IMG/VR virus record: IMGVR_UViG_3300037247_000747
Location: 1 to 61,457 of that record
From: a virus
Lineage: Duplodnaviria > Caudoviricetes
Length of the DNA: 61,457 bases
Direction: 5' to 3' (one strand)
This document shows, one piece after another, positions 8,922-17,740 of the stretch (positions within the stretch are counted from its first letter, which is position 1; every line of letters starts with the position of its first letter). The position numbers and the translations under genes were made by a program. The notes beneath the pieces are model-generated. The model saw only the letters and a list, made by a program, of their open reading frames with translations, was not told the DNA's origin and ran no database searches.

Positions 8922-9027
8922 CAAGCCAGCAACAGTTGACAGCAGGCAGATAGCAAAAGCTTTGATAAGAGGGCTGAAACAGATCGTAGCTCTTTTAGAA
9001 AAAGTCTTGAAGGGTGAAAAAATATGA
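8914..9027 (+). CDS. 37-aa amphipathic peptide (not in the ORF track)
   Basis: GGAGG RBS; MDDKPATVDSRQIAKALIRGLKQIVALLEKVLKGEKI; ATGA-coupled to the next gene. Confidence 0.55.
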   Translation: MDDKPATVDSRQIAKALIRGLKQIVALLEKVLKGEKI

Positions 9028-9434
9028 GAGAGCAAAGATCGATAGCAGAACTATCAGTTACAAAGAATGCCAGGTTTAGAACTTTGGGAGGCTTAAGCAT
9101 CACCAAAAGCAGGGATCTTACCAATGATGATGTGAGGAACCAGAACTATGATAACTATGGTCAGGCAGCATCTATGACTATTTCCCTGTTTCCTTCCACC
9201 ATAGGAGCTGCTTTTCAGTTTTTTGTAAGTACGGCAAGCCAAACTACTGATTTCGAACCGCCTGCAGGTGAGAGCTTTCTTGTGGACGGTACGGCTTACA
9301 CGGCAGGCAACCATGCGGATATATCAAATTCCTATGGTGATAAGTTTATGTTTAAGAGGGAAAAGGACAGTTCCGGCAATGGTATCTGGGTTGCTTATAC
9401 GATCCAGGGAGGCGTAAGTGACGGAGGGGCGTAA
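9024..9434 (+). CDS. Putative head fibre/decoration protein
   Basis: Beta-rich, fibre-like C-terminal domain; lies in the head module. Confidence 0.5.
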   Translation: MREQRSIAELSVTKNARFRTLGGLSITKSRDLTNDDVRNQNYDNYGQAASMTISLFPSTIGAAFQFFVSTASQTTDFEPPAGESFLVDGTAYTAGNHADISNSYGDKFMFKREKDSSGNGIWVAYTIQGGVSDGGA

Positions 9435-9445
9435 AGGGGAGGTAA

Positions 9446-11026
9446 ATGGCTGAACTTCAAACAAATGGAGATTTTTCAGACATAACATTAGGCGCTGCAA
9501 AAGCTGTAACTCAGATTAGTAATGCTGATCCAGCAATCATCACGCTTGCGGCAAGTCATGGATATGTAGCTGGTAATTTTATTTATTTGGCAGATTTTGA
9601 CGAGTCTTTATTCCCTACTATTCTAAATGATCTGCCAGCAAGTCATGATTTTACTGGTGATGATACAGAAGATGGATGGACAATGCTTGGGTCACCCGCT
9701 ACCTGTGAAACGGATGCTGATAGTAAACTCACTGTCGTAGTGGATACAGTAGGTCAGGGTATTAATGTAGCACTGGATATTGTTGAGGGTACAATATATC
9801 GCATGTCTGTGCCTTTTACCATAACTGACAAAGAGAGTGGTAATGAGTGGGTAGCATTGTGGAGCGAGAACGATAATATTGAATTTTTATTCGGCACAAG
9901 TGACAATATATATGTCAATCGTAATGGTGACACTTGCTTTATTTTCTCAGGTAATGGAACCAAAGTTTTATATTTTAAAGCCCTTGACACAGTTATCGGG
10001 GAAACCCTTGTAATTGATTGTGATAAGGTGACAAACGGTTTTACATTTACTTTAGATAATCCCTTAATTCAAGAAGTTGCTAATCTTGATGGCAACGTAT
10101 ATGAATTAGGTACTTTTACTGGTGATACTGCTCCCTTGAGCAATTATGCTGGTGACTTAGATTTGTCTGGTTTAGCAGGAGTCACAAGCGCTGGAAACGC
10201 AAAACTTGTTACCCTTACTGATTGGACGGTAGGTGATGGTGTCGGGCCGTTTAGAAATGTTGGAGTAAAAAACTCTATCGACTTGCCTGTAAGTCATGAT
10301 TTTCTTGTGGCCGGTGATACTGGCGGTTGGAAGGTAGAGGAAAGTCCAACAGTGTGTGAAACGGATGCTGATGGAAAACTGTCTTTTACTCCATCTGCTT
10401 CTTGGGACGGAATTTGGACAAAAGTTTACATGACTCCGATGGATACACATCAACGCATAAGTTTTGATTTTACCATGTCCAATGCTAATGATGGCGAACT
10501 TGTGTTTGCATTTTGGGATGGTGGTTTTGAAATAACATCGGTAGCAGGGACAGGAGTTACACTTTCTGGCAACACTGTTATTTTAACTGAAAGTACCAGA
10601 GTAACTATTGATTGCAATTCTCCTTTTTTTGGGACTTGGACTCCTTTTAAGTTTTTAGCTTTTGGCTACGTAGATGGTTTCTCTTTTACAATTGCGAATT
10701 TTGTTACCGAGATAATATATGATCTAACTGTACAGGTCACAGGATCGCAATCCGCAGAGACAAGCTTATTGCAAGATGTGGCAGAAGTCAACGGCAAGAA
10801 ATACAAAATCTCTTTCGGTGTATCCGACCGCACAGCCGGGGGTGCAGCGCCCACAGCCGGTGGGGATGACGGTACAGAACAAATAGCAAACGGCTCGTAT
10901 AGTGAGGTTTTAACAGCAGTAGGGCCAGACAACTCGGGTCTAAAATTCTCAGATGGGTTTATTGGGAAAGTAGACGATTTATTAATCGAAAGCTTTGCGG
11001 GTGCAGCAATGCTATTGGGATTTTAA
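9446..11026 (+). CDS. Putative virion carbohydrate-binding protein with internally duplicated modules
   Basis: NGDF...W...GKKYKISF CBM-like frame; duplicated LPxSHDF...CETDADxKL modules; strong RBS. Confidence 0.65.
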   Translation: MAELQTNGDFSDITLGAAKAVTQISNADPAIITLAASHGYVAGNFIYLADFDESLFPTILNDLPASHDFTGDDTEDGWTMLGSPATCETDADSKLTVVVDTVGQGINVALDIVEGTIYRMSVPFTITDKESGNEWVALWSENDNIEFLFGTSDNIYVNRNGDTCFIFSGNGTKVLYFKALDTVIGETLVIDCDKVTNGFTFTLDNPLIQEVANLDGNVYELGTFTGDTAPLSNYAGDLDLSGLAGVTSAGNAKLVTLTDWTVGDGVGPFRNVGVKNSIDLPVSHDFLVAGDTGGWKVEESPTVCETDADGKLSFTPSASWDGIWTKVYMTPMDTHQRISFDFTMSNANDGELVFAFWDGGFEITSVAGTGVTLSGNTVILTESTRVTIDCNSPFFGTWTPFKFLAFGYVDGFSFTIANFVTEIIYDLTVQVTGSQSAETSLLQDVAEVNGKKYKISFGVSDRTAGGAAPTAGGDDGTEQIANGSYSEVLTAVGPDNSGLKFSDGFIGKVDDLLIESFAGAAMLLGF

Positions 11027-11048
11027 TATGTAAATAAAAAACATAACG

Positions 11049-11163
11049 ACCTGATACCTCCTTAATTGAACGTATCAGGTTAGGCCAGTCACGCGAAAGC
11101 CTCACTGGGATTCGATTAACACGACAAAATTCGTGCGGATTCCAGTGAGGCTTTTTTATTTTT
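11049..11163 (+). terminator. Structured intergenic RNA: hairpin plus branched terminator-like stem with U tract
   Basis: acctgatac/gtatcaggt; aaagcctcactgg/ccagtgaggcttt enclosing cacga/tcgtg; followed by a T-run. Confidence 0.65.
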
Positions 11164-11191
11164 AACCATAACAACAGGGAGGTGAGAAACA

Positions 11192-11986
11192 ATGAGACAT
11201 GAACAGTTATCAATCGGAATAGCAACTATCAGAAGGTTGTTTTTCGGCAGTCGGAACGGACTCGCAGGAGTAGAGGTATCGGAAGCAGACATTCTTCCTG
11301 ATATTGTCACCAAGGAAAAGTTTGATTGCGCTCCTGCATGCAACAACGTCACAGGTGCAGCATGTGCCGGAACCGATGGGGCGGGACATTCAATGGTTTT
11401 CCCACGGACAGGGTTTGAGTTTTATAACATCGGGACTCAGACAGTCCTATGCCCACAGCTTGTAGCAACAGGCTTGGCGGTCGGTCTTGACGAAACTGAG
11501 GATGAAGGGATTGAGGTAAACCAGGGGGTTACAGCAAGGTCAAGGTCTGCATTTGTCATCGGCACATCTCTGGCGTTTTATGCGAAATTAAAATTTATCT
11601 TAGCGACCGTAGCCGACACAGACGACTGTGCCTTTGGCTTCAGAAAAGCAGAACCGCATGACGCGGCACTGGTTAACTACCTCGATTATGCTGTCCTGAA
11701 TGTCATCTCCGGAGACATTAAAATCGAAACTGATTTGAATAACGGCGGAACACCTACGGTTACTGACACAACGGACGATTGGGCTGACACCGAAGAACAT
11801 ACCCTTGAAATCTATGTCAGTGCGGAAGGAGTTGTAACATACAAAATAGATGGAGCGCCCCCGACTGTCACGGCTGCGTTTACCTTTGATGATGGAGATA
11901 CAGTGGTTCCTTTTTTCTACTTTCTCCATGCATCAACACCAGGCTCAGGCCCAATATGGACCGAATGGGAGGTAGGGCTTCAATAA
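11192..11986 (+). CDS. Putative head decoration / concanavalin-like virion protein
   Basis: Beta-sandwich-like pattern (HTLEIYV...VTYKIDG); located before the scaffold gene. Confidence 0.55.
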   Translation: MRHEQLSIGIATIRRLFFGSRNGLAGVEVSEADILPDIVTKEKFDCAPACNNVTGAACAGTDGAGHSMVFPRTGFEFYNIGTQTVLCPQLVATGLAVGLDETEDEGIEVNQGVTARSRSAFVIGTSLAFYAKLKFILATVADTDDCAFGFRKAEPHDAALVNYLDYAVLNVISGDIKIETDLNNGGTPTVTDTTDDWADTEEHTLEIYVSAEGVVTYKIDGAPPTVTAAFTFDDGDTVVPFFYFLHASTPGSGPIWTEWEVGLQ

Positions 11987-12062
11987 CAATTTTTTAGGGT
12001 GAATACCTGAGTTCAGGGCTCTTTTTAAGAATACCCAGGGCGAAGGCTCACAGGAGGCAACA

Positions 12063-13163
12063 ATGAGTATACCAGATAAAGTAGCAGCGCAGCTCAAGAA
12101 AGCCCAGGAGCTGCAAAAGAACATTGCACCAAAAGGGAACACAGACAAAGACCCTCTCACGCCGGATGATAAGAATACCTCTCCTGAATTAAAACCGGGA
12201 GATGCTCTTAAACCGGATGAGAATAAGTCGCAACCTGCTCCTTTAGAACCAACAGCAGAACCACTATCACCAGAACCAACAGCAGAACCGATCAAACCCG
12301 TAGAGACACCTGCGCCGGCTGATGATGAAAACAGCCAAACGTGGAAGCAGAAGCACAATGTCATAAAAGGCAAGTATGAAGCCGAAGTTCCACGACTGAA
12401 TACGCAGGTGACTCATCTTACCGGGCAGGTCAATTTTTTAAGCAATGAAAATCTTGGAGTGAAACAGCAACTTGAAACGGCTAATCGGCAGAATGTTGAA
12501 CTGCAAGTGGCGAAACCGGCAGAGTCGGATACAGTTAAACCCGGAAAACTGGACCCTGAAGCGTTTCGGACATTCGGGGATGAATTTGTGGGGCTGGCAG
12601 AGACATTGAACAACCTTTCGGGATCAGTAGGAGACCTGGAAGGCTCTGTTGGCTCTGTTCAATCTGTTCAAGCGGACGGCCAGAAGAAAGAGCGAGTAAA
12701 GTATAGGGATAAACTTACTGCACGAATTAAGGGTTTTGATGCCATAAACGATAGTCCGGGCTTTATCGGATACTTGCAGGCTAACCCCGTAATAAATTCC
12801 CAATTGCAGAGCTACAACGATCAGATGAACCACATCGAAGTTGCAAAGATTTTCAAGGGATATACCGACCAGGCAGGGGATACAATTATCCCTCCTGTCG
12901 AAGATCCAAAACCAACCCCAAACCCAGCTCCAGACCCGAAACTTTCACTGGAAAAAGTGTCCATTACTCCTGATGGTTCAGCGAGTCAAAGCTCAGTTCC
13001 GGACACACAGAAGCAGACTTACACAAAGGCGCAGATCAGCAAGTTTTACAATGATCAGCGAGAGGGAAAGTTCAAGGGTAAAGAGGATCAGGCTTGGGTG
13101 AAAAAAACACAGGCTGACATTTTAGCGGCTACTCGTGATGGCCGCATAATCGATAACTACTAA
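12063..13163 (+). CDS. Capsid scaffolding protein
   Basis: Pro/Glu-rich N-terminus, WKQKHNVIKGKYEAEVPRL coiled coil, C-terminal helix ending DGRI; directly precedes the MCP. Confidence 0.8.
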   Translation: MSIPDKVAAQLKKAQELQKNIAPKGNTDKDPLTPDDKNTSPELKPGDALKPDENKSQPAPLEPTAEPLSPEPTAEPIKPVETPAPADDENSQTWKQKHNVIKGKYEAEVPRLNTQVTHLTGQVNFLSNENLGVKQQLETANRQNVELQVAKPAESDTVKPGKLDPEAFRTFGDEFVGLAETLNNLSGSVGDLEGSVGSVQSVQADGQKKERVKYRDKLTARIKGFDAINDSPGFIGYLQANPVINSQLQSYNDQMNHIEVAKIFKGYTDQAGDTIIPPVEDPKPTPNPAPDPKLSLEKVSITPDGSASQSSVPDTQKQTYTKAQISKFYNDQREGKFKGKEDQAWVKKTQADILAATRDGRIIDNY

Positions 13164-13206
13164 CTTAACCGCCTTTCCTGGTGGTTAAGAGGAAAGGAGA
13201 TAAACT

Positions 13207-14130
13207 ATGGTACCAGCAGCAGCAGGAACCCCGCAATACAGCGGTAATTTTATACCTGAAATTTGGTCAGGCAACCTTTTGGTGAAATACTACGCATTAT
13301 CCGTATTCCCAGGAATCGCCAATACCAAGTATGAAGGTGAGATCAAAGAGCAGGGCGACGTCATTAATATCAGGACAACGGCTGATGTCGTAATCAATAC
13401 GCACGTTAAAAATCAGAAGCTTGACTTACAGCATCCTGACAACCCAATGATTACTTTTCCGATCAGAAAAGCCCTGTCTTTCTCGTTTATCTGTAACGAC
13501 ATCGACAAGCACCAGTCTGATATCGACTTGATGGGAGACTGGTCCAGAGATGCCGGTGAGAAGATGAGGATTGCTATTGATGAGCTTGGCCTTGGCGATG
13601 TGTACGCTGATGCACATGCTGACAATATCGGATCTACGGCAGGTCATGAGTCCGGCAGTTACAACATGGGCGTTAGTGGTACTCCTAAAATCATATCTAA
13701 GGAGAACATCCTTGAATATACCATTGATTACGGGACCATACTTGATGAACATGATGTGCCGGATGATAGCCGTTGGACTACTTTCCCGGCGTGGATGTCC
13801 AACCTGCTCAAGAAGTCCGACATTAAAGACGTTTCCATGACCGGTGATTCCAAAAGTTCTATCCGTCATGGCCGTTTGGGTATGATCGATACCCTGGAGC
13901 TTTTCAAGTCAAACAAAATCAAAAAGGTAACGGATGGTAGCTATACTGTCTACTATCCCATGGCAGGCCATAAGGATGCGATCTCGTTTGCAGCCCAGAT
14001 GACCCAAATGGATACTTTGAAGGCACAGACCACATTCGGACAGATCGTGCGAGGCTTGAATGTGTTTGATTATAAGGTTCTCAAACCGGAAGCACTTGTG
14101 ACCGGATACGTGCGTAAAGGCACAGGTTAA
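13207..14130 (+). CDS. Major capsid protein (HK97 fold)
   Basis: FIPEIWS, YEGEIKxxGDxIxI and RGLNVFDYKVLKPEAL motifs; strong RBS. Confidence 0.9.
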   Translation: MVPAAAGTPQYSGNFIPEIWSGNLLVKYYALSVFPGIANTKYEGEIKEQGDVINIRTTADVVINTHVKNQKLDLQHPDNPMITFPIRKALSFSFICNDIDKHQSDIDLMGDWSRDAGEKMRIAIDELGLGDVYADAHADNIGSTAGHESGSYNMGVSGTPKIISKENILEYTIDYGTILDEHDVPDDSRWTTFPAWMSNLLKKSDIKDVSMTGDSKSSIRHGRLGMIDTLELFKSNKIKKVTDGSYTVYYPMAGHKDAISFAAQMTQMDTLKAQTTFGQIVRGLNVFDYKVLKPEALVTGYVRKGTG

Positions 14131-14162
14131 ACTTTAACCGTTTAGCATTAGGCTAACACCCT

Positions 14163-14182
14163 GGAGGGTGTAAAAGCCCTCC
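14163..14182 (+). terminator. Hairpin after the capsid gene (terminator or processing site)
   Basis: ggagggt...gccctcc stem; only a weak U tract follows. Confidence 0.4.
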
Positions 14183-14226
14183 ATGTTTCTTAGCTCTTAA
14201 CTCTTATAAGTATAAGGAGAAAAAAG

Positions 14227-14712
14227 ATGAGTGTTATCAATTTGACAGGAGGGCTCGGCAACGGCCTTCCATCTTCAGCGGAGGGTAGAACCTTCAAGCT
14301 GGTAAAAGAGATAGATTTTGCGGTGGCTCTTGTGGAAAAGGAGTCTGCCCTTGCAGCAGGAGACATTATTAATGTTTTTAATATTCCGGCAGGGACCATT
14401 GTTCAATTCGCCCAGATTATGCCGGTTAAAGACAATGCCGTGAGCCCTGCCAGCGCAATTGAGTTGGATCTTGGCTTTACATCTTCACCTGAATCCGACC
14501 CAGACAACTTTGTCGATGGGTATGATGCAACAGTGAATACCGCTCACGGTGTGCCTATTCTTACGGTGGCGGGGTACGCCTTGATAGACACAACTCTTGA
14601 CTTGGAAATTCAAGCCCTTACGGGTGTGCTTTCCACAGGCAAGGTTATGATAACGGCTCTTCTTGTTGATCTTGCCGTTACAGAGGCGCTCAAAGCGGGT
14701 TTAATCGCATAA
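14227..14712 (+). CDS. Capsid cement/decoration protein
   Basis: Follows the MCP; AAGDIINVFNIPAGTIV...LDLG jelly-roll-type pattern. Confidence 0.65.
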   Translation: MSVINLTGGLGNGLPSSAEGRTFKLVKEIDFAVALVEKESALAAGDIINVFNIPAGTIVQFAQIMPVKDNAVSPASAIELDLGFTSSPESDPDNFVDGYDATVNTAHGVPILTVAGYALIDTTLDLEIQALTGVLSTGKVMITALLVDLAVTEALKAGLIA

Positions 14713-14765
14713 CAAACATTTAACCAGGGGGAGCAATCCCCCTGCAATAAAAGAGGAAAGTAACC

Positions 14766-15308
14766 ATGGAAAAGAAGCGATATCTTAAAAAAGTAACAAA
14801 CGGTGTTGTGTTTACCTTTGACGCAACCCTTTCCAAACGGACAGACATGATTGAGATCCCACAGGCAGAGGCAGAATGGAGGATAGGAGGTTGCAAGGGG
14901 CAAGCTCCTACAATCATCAATCCGGCTGTTTCGCAGAGTGCTGTAGACATAGTCAACAGTATGGACGAACCCAGGCAAAAGGAAGTTTATAAACTGCTCA
15001 AAGCAAAATTTGAGCCTGCCCCTGCCCCTGAACTTATACCGGATGGAGATCCTGAAAGCCAGATTCCTGCGCCTCCGGAGGCTCCGCAGATCCTTGAGCC
15101 TGGTAAAGATGAAGACCTGGAAAAAAAGGCTGATTCCATCGACAAGCCTGTTGATGAAATGACTAAAGCAGAGCTTCAGGTTTATGCCCAGATCGTTCAC
15201 ACGACTAACCTTGACCCGGACACCATGAAAAAAGAACCAATGCTTGAGGCTGTTAAGGAACTGGATGTTAAAAAGGCAAAACGAGATGCAGCACAGGCAG
15301 CAGCATGA
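14766..15308 (+). CDS. Hypothetical head-module protein with a C-terminal Rho-N/SAP-like helix pair
   Basis: DEMTKAELQVYA...KKEPMLEAV pattern. Confidence 0.55.
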   Translation: MEKKRYLKKVTNGVVFTFDATLSKRTDMIEIPQAEAEWRIGGCKGQAPTIINPAVSQSAVDIVNSMDEPRQKEVYKLLKAKFEPAPAPELIPDGDPESQIPAPPEAPQILEPGKDEDLEKKADSIDKPVDEMTKAELQVYAQIVHTTNLDPDTMKKEPMLEAVKELDVKKAKRDAAQAAA

Positions 15309-15395
15309 TCGTCGAGATCCATCATCGATGGTTCTGGTGATTATGGCCAGCACCGCTAAAATTAACGAGTGGCGCCGGAAGGAAAAAAATAAATA

Positions 15396-16076
15396 ATGAA
15401 AGTATCCGAGTTAATCATAAGGGCCGCAAAAAAGTACGGGGATTATGACGAGAATGGCAGCACTGATGATGAGAAGTACGATAGGATAAAAGTCGAAGAC
15501 TGGCTTGAATATTATCTTGCTGCCCTCAGTCAGCTTGTCCTTGTACGTCCTGATGTCAACATAGCGACAGGCCCCATAAAGCTTGTTGCCGGCACAAAGC
15601 AAACCATTCCTTCAGACGGTTTAAGGTTTATCGATATATCAAGGAATTTGGGCGATGATGGCCTTACTCCCGGTACTCCTGTTACACCCATAGATCGATA
15701 TGTGATGGATGAACTTATTTCTACCTGGCATTCGGCCACAGGGGAAACCTCTATAGACAATTATATGTTTGACCTGAAAACACCCAAAATATTTTTTAAC
15801 ACACCTCCGGTTCATGCTACCACTGACGTTTATGTGGATATGAATTACTCAAAATCGTTCGATGAAGTCCTTATAGATGATATCGAGACAGATGATATTG
15901 AATGTGATGATACTTTCATCAACCCCGTAGAAGATTGGATGATGAAAAGCGCCTATGAGATCGATACGGATTCCCCGGTAAACTGGAACCGGTCTATCAA
16001 GTATGAGGAATCTTTTTACAGGGGCCTCGGCATTGAATTTAAATCGAGCGCAATGATATCTACAAAGAGGAAATAA
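15396..16076 (+). CDS. Head-tail adaptor (DUF6682-like)
   Basis: VRPD, LVAGTKQTIP and LRFIDISRN motifs; position after the head genes. Confidence 0.7.
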   Translation: MKVSELIIRAAKKYGDYDENGSTDDEKYDRIKVEDWLEYYLAALSQLVLVRPDVNIATGPIKLVAGTKQTIPSDGLRFIDISRNLGDDGLTPGTPVTPIDRYVMDELISTWHSATGETSIDNYMFDLKTPKIFFNTPPVHATTDVYVDMNYSKSFDEVLIDDIETDDIECDDTFINPVEDWMMKSAYEIDTDSPVNWNRSIKYEESFYRGLGIEFKSSAMISTKRK

Positions 16077-16726
16077 TGACTACCTTTGAGACTTTCAGGG
16101 AGTACCTGCAGGAATATGTTTTTAAATGCCCTAAATCAGTTGTTATTAAGGCTATTCGGAATGCCTGTATAGAGTTCTGCGATCGGACCTGGATTATAGA
16201 AACCGATGCAGACGATGTATCCGTTCTTGAGGATACTGATGAATATACCCTTTCTTTTGATGGTGCTTTATATACTCCCGTATCGATCCAAAAAGCCTTT
16301 ATGGATGAAACTCAGCTTCCGGTTACGTCTAAAAGGTTTCTGGATCAGACCGTACCAAACTGGGAGATCCTCACAGCAAAAACCATATCAGCCTGCTTTC
16401 TCACCATTCAAAACAAATTAAGAGTGTATCCAACCCCTGAGGAAGATCAGGATGATGATATCGACACTCTGAAAGTAATCGTCAAGCCCACGATTGCAGC
16501 AGTAGAGATAGATGATTTTATCTATGATGAATATCGTGAAGTTATCACATGGGGGGCTTTGGCAGAGCTTCAGGATGTGCCCGGAAAGCCATGGTCTAAG
16601 ATTAAAGATGCAGCAAAAAACAGGGTTAGGTTCAGCAAGGCCATGGACAACACATCAAGCAAGGTAACCAGGGGTAAAACAAACGCGAATGCTCTTGCCG
16701 ATTATTCGGGCAGTTCATTCTTTTAG
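16076..16726 (+). CDS. Second adaptor / tail tubular protein
   Basis: CPxxxxxxAIRNACIEFC, LRVYPTP and GKPWS motifs. Confidence 0.7.
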   Translation: MTTFETFREYLQEYVFKCPKSVVIKAIRNACIEFCDRTWIIETDADDVSVLEDTDEYTLSFDGALYTPVSIQKAFMDETQLPVTSKRFLDQTVPNWEILTAKTISACFLTIQNKLRVYPTPEEDQDDDIDTLKVIVKPTIAAVEIDDFIYDEYREVITWGALAELQDVPGKPWSKIKDAAKNRVRFSKAMDNTSSKVTRGKTNANALADYSGSSFF

Positions 16727-16735
16727 GGGGTTTTT

Positions 16736-17740
16736 ATGAATCAGCAAGTATTTGTAAATCATTTCAGCACGACTTTGGCTGCGGATATAAATTCTACTGT
16801 TACAGCTTTGCAGCTTACCTCTGCAACCGGAGCCCCCACAATCGCAAATGGTGATTGGTGGATGCTGCACCTGGTAGACACTGATGGAGCTAAAGAGATT
16901 GTCAAGGTAACTGCCAGAACGGGAGTAAATTGCACGATTGTAAGAGCCCAGGAGGGGACAACCAATGTTTCCCATACCCTTACGCCTGTGACTGTTGTTC
17001 AAAGCAGGCTTACGGCTGAAAGCACTCAAGACTTTGAGGATGCCAAAAGGCAAATATCAGACCTGGATGGTGATACAAAAATTCAGGTGGAAGAATCGGA
17101 TGATGAAGATGTTATCCGGCTTGACGTAGCAGGCTCAGAGATAGCCAAGGTGAATTCAACAGGGATAGTTCTTTCTCAAGGGAAAGCCATCACAGATAGT
17201 GATGGCGATACTAAAATCCAACTGGAAGAGGGTGCCGATGATGACACTATCAGGTTTGATGCAGCAGGCTCAGAGAAAGCAATAATCGATTCTGCCGGAA
17301 TGAAAGTAAATTCAAACAGGGTTATTGAGGGGGCCGCTATAGCTACACCCATAGTACAAAGAACTATTTCTGTTTACATACAAAATGGGGTAGGCGCGGC
17401 TACTCTTAAATGTACTGTGATTCCTCAATTTAATGGAGACAGTATAGCCACAAGTGGTGATATAGCAGTAGGGGGTGATGATGGGCATTATACACTTATT
17501 ACTGACGATATTTTAAGTATAGCATATGCAGGTCTTTCAGGTAAAGTATTAGGGGTATTATCCACAAATGTTTATTCAAACTGCGGAACAAATTTAGATT
17601 GTGATGCTTCGGACGTGGGTGATGATCTACAAATTAATTTTTATGCACCAGGTGACGCATCCGGATCAACCATTGATCTTACAACTTTAGTAGATACAGG
17701 AACTATAACTGTACTAATAACATATATAACAGATGCTTAA
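16736..17740 (+). CDS. Tail fibre protein
   Basis: N-terminal EIVKVTAR...IVRAQEGT adaptor-binding domain; two DxDGDTKIQxEE repeats. Confidence 0.8.
   Translation: MNQQVFVNHFSTTLAADINSTVTALQLTSATGAPTIANGDWWMLHLVDTDGAKEIVKVTARTGVNCTIVRAQEGTTNVSHTLTPVTVVQSRLTAESTQDFEDAKRQISDLDGDTKIQVEESDDEDVIRLDVAGSEIAKVNSTGIVLSQGKAITDSDGDTKIQLEEGADDDTIRFDAAGSEKAIIDSAGMKVNSNRVIEGAAIATPIVQRTISVYIQNGVGAATLKCTVIPQFNGDSIATSGDIAVGGDDGHYTLITDDILSIAYAGLSGKVLGVLSTNVYSNCGTNLDCDASDVGDDLQINFYAPGDASGSTIDLTTLVDTGTITVLITYITDA

Noticed and set aside
9446-11026. Diversity-generating retroelement template/variable repeats
   Set aside because: The duplicated segments differ at all base types, and no reverse transcriptase is recognisable in the genome.
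12245-12290. agaaccaacagcagaacc direct repeat
   Set aside because: An in-frame EPTAEP duplication in a low-complexity scaffold linker.
13161-13209. Scaffold-capsid readthrough fusion
   Set aside because: The 43-nt gap puts the genes out of frame, and I see no slippery heptamer.
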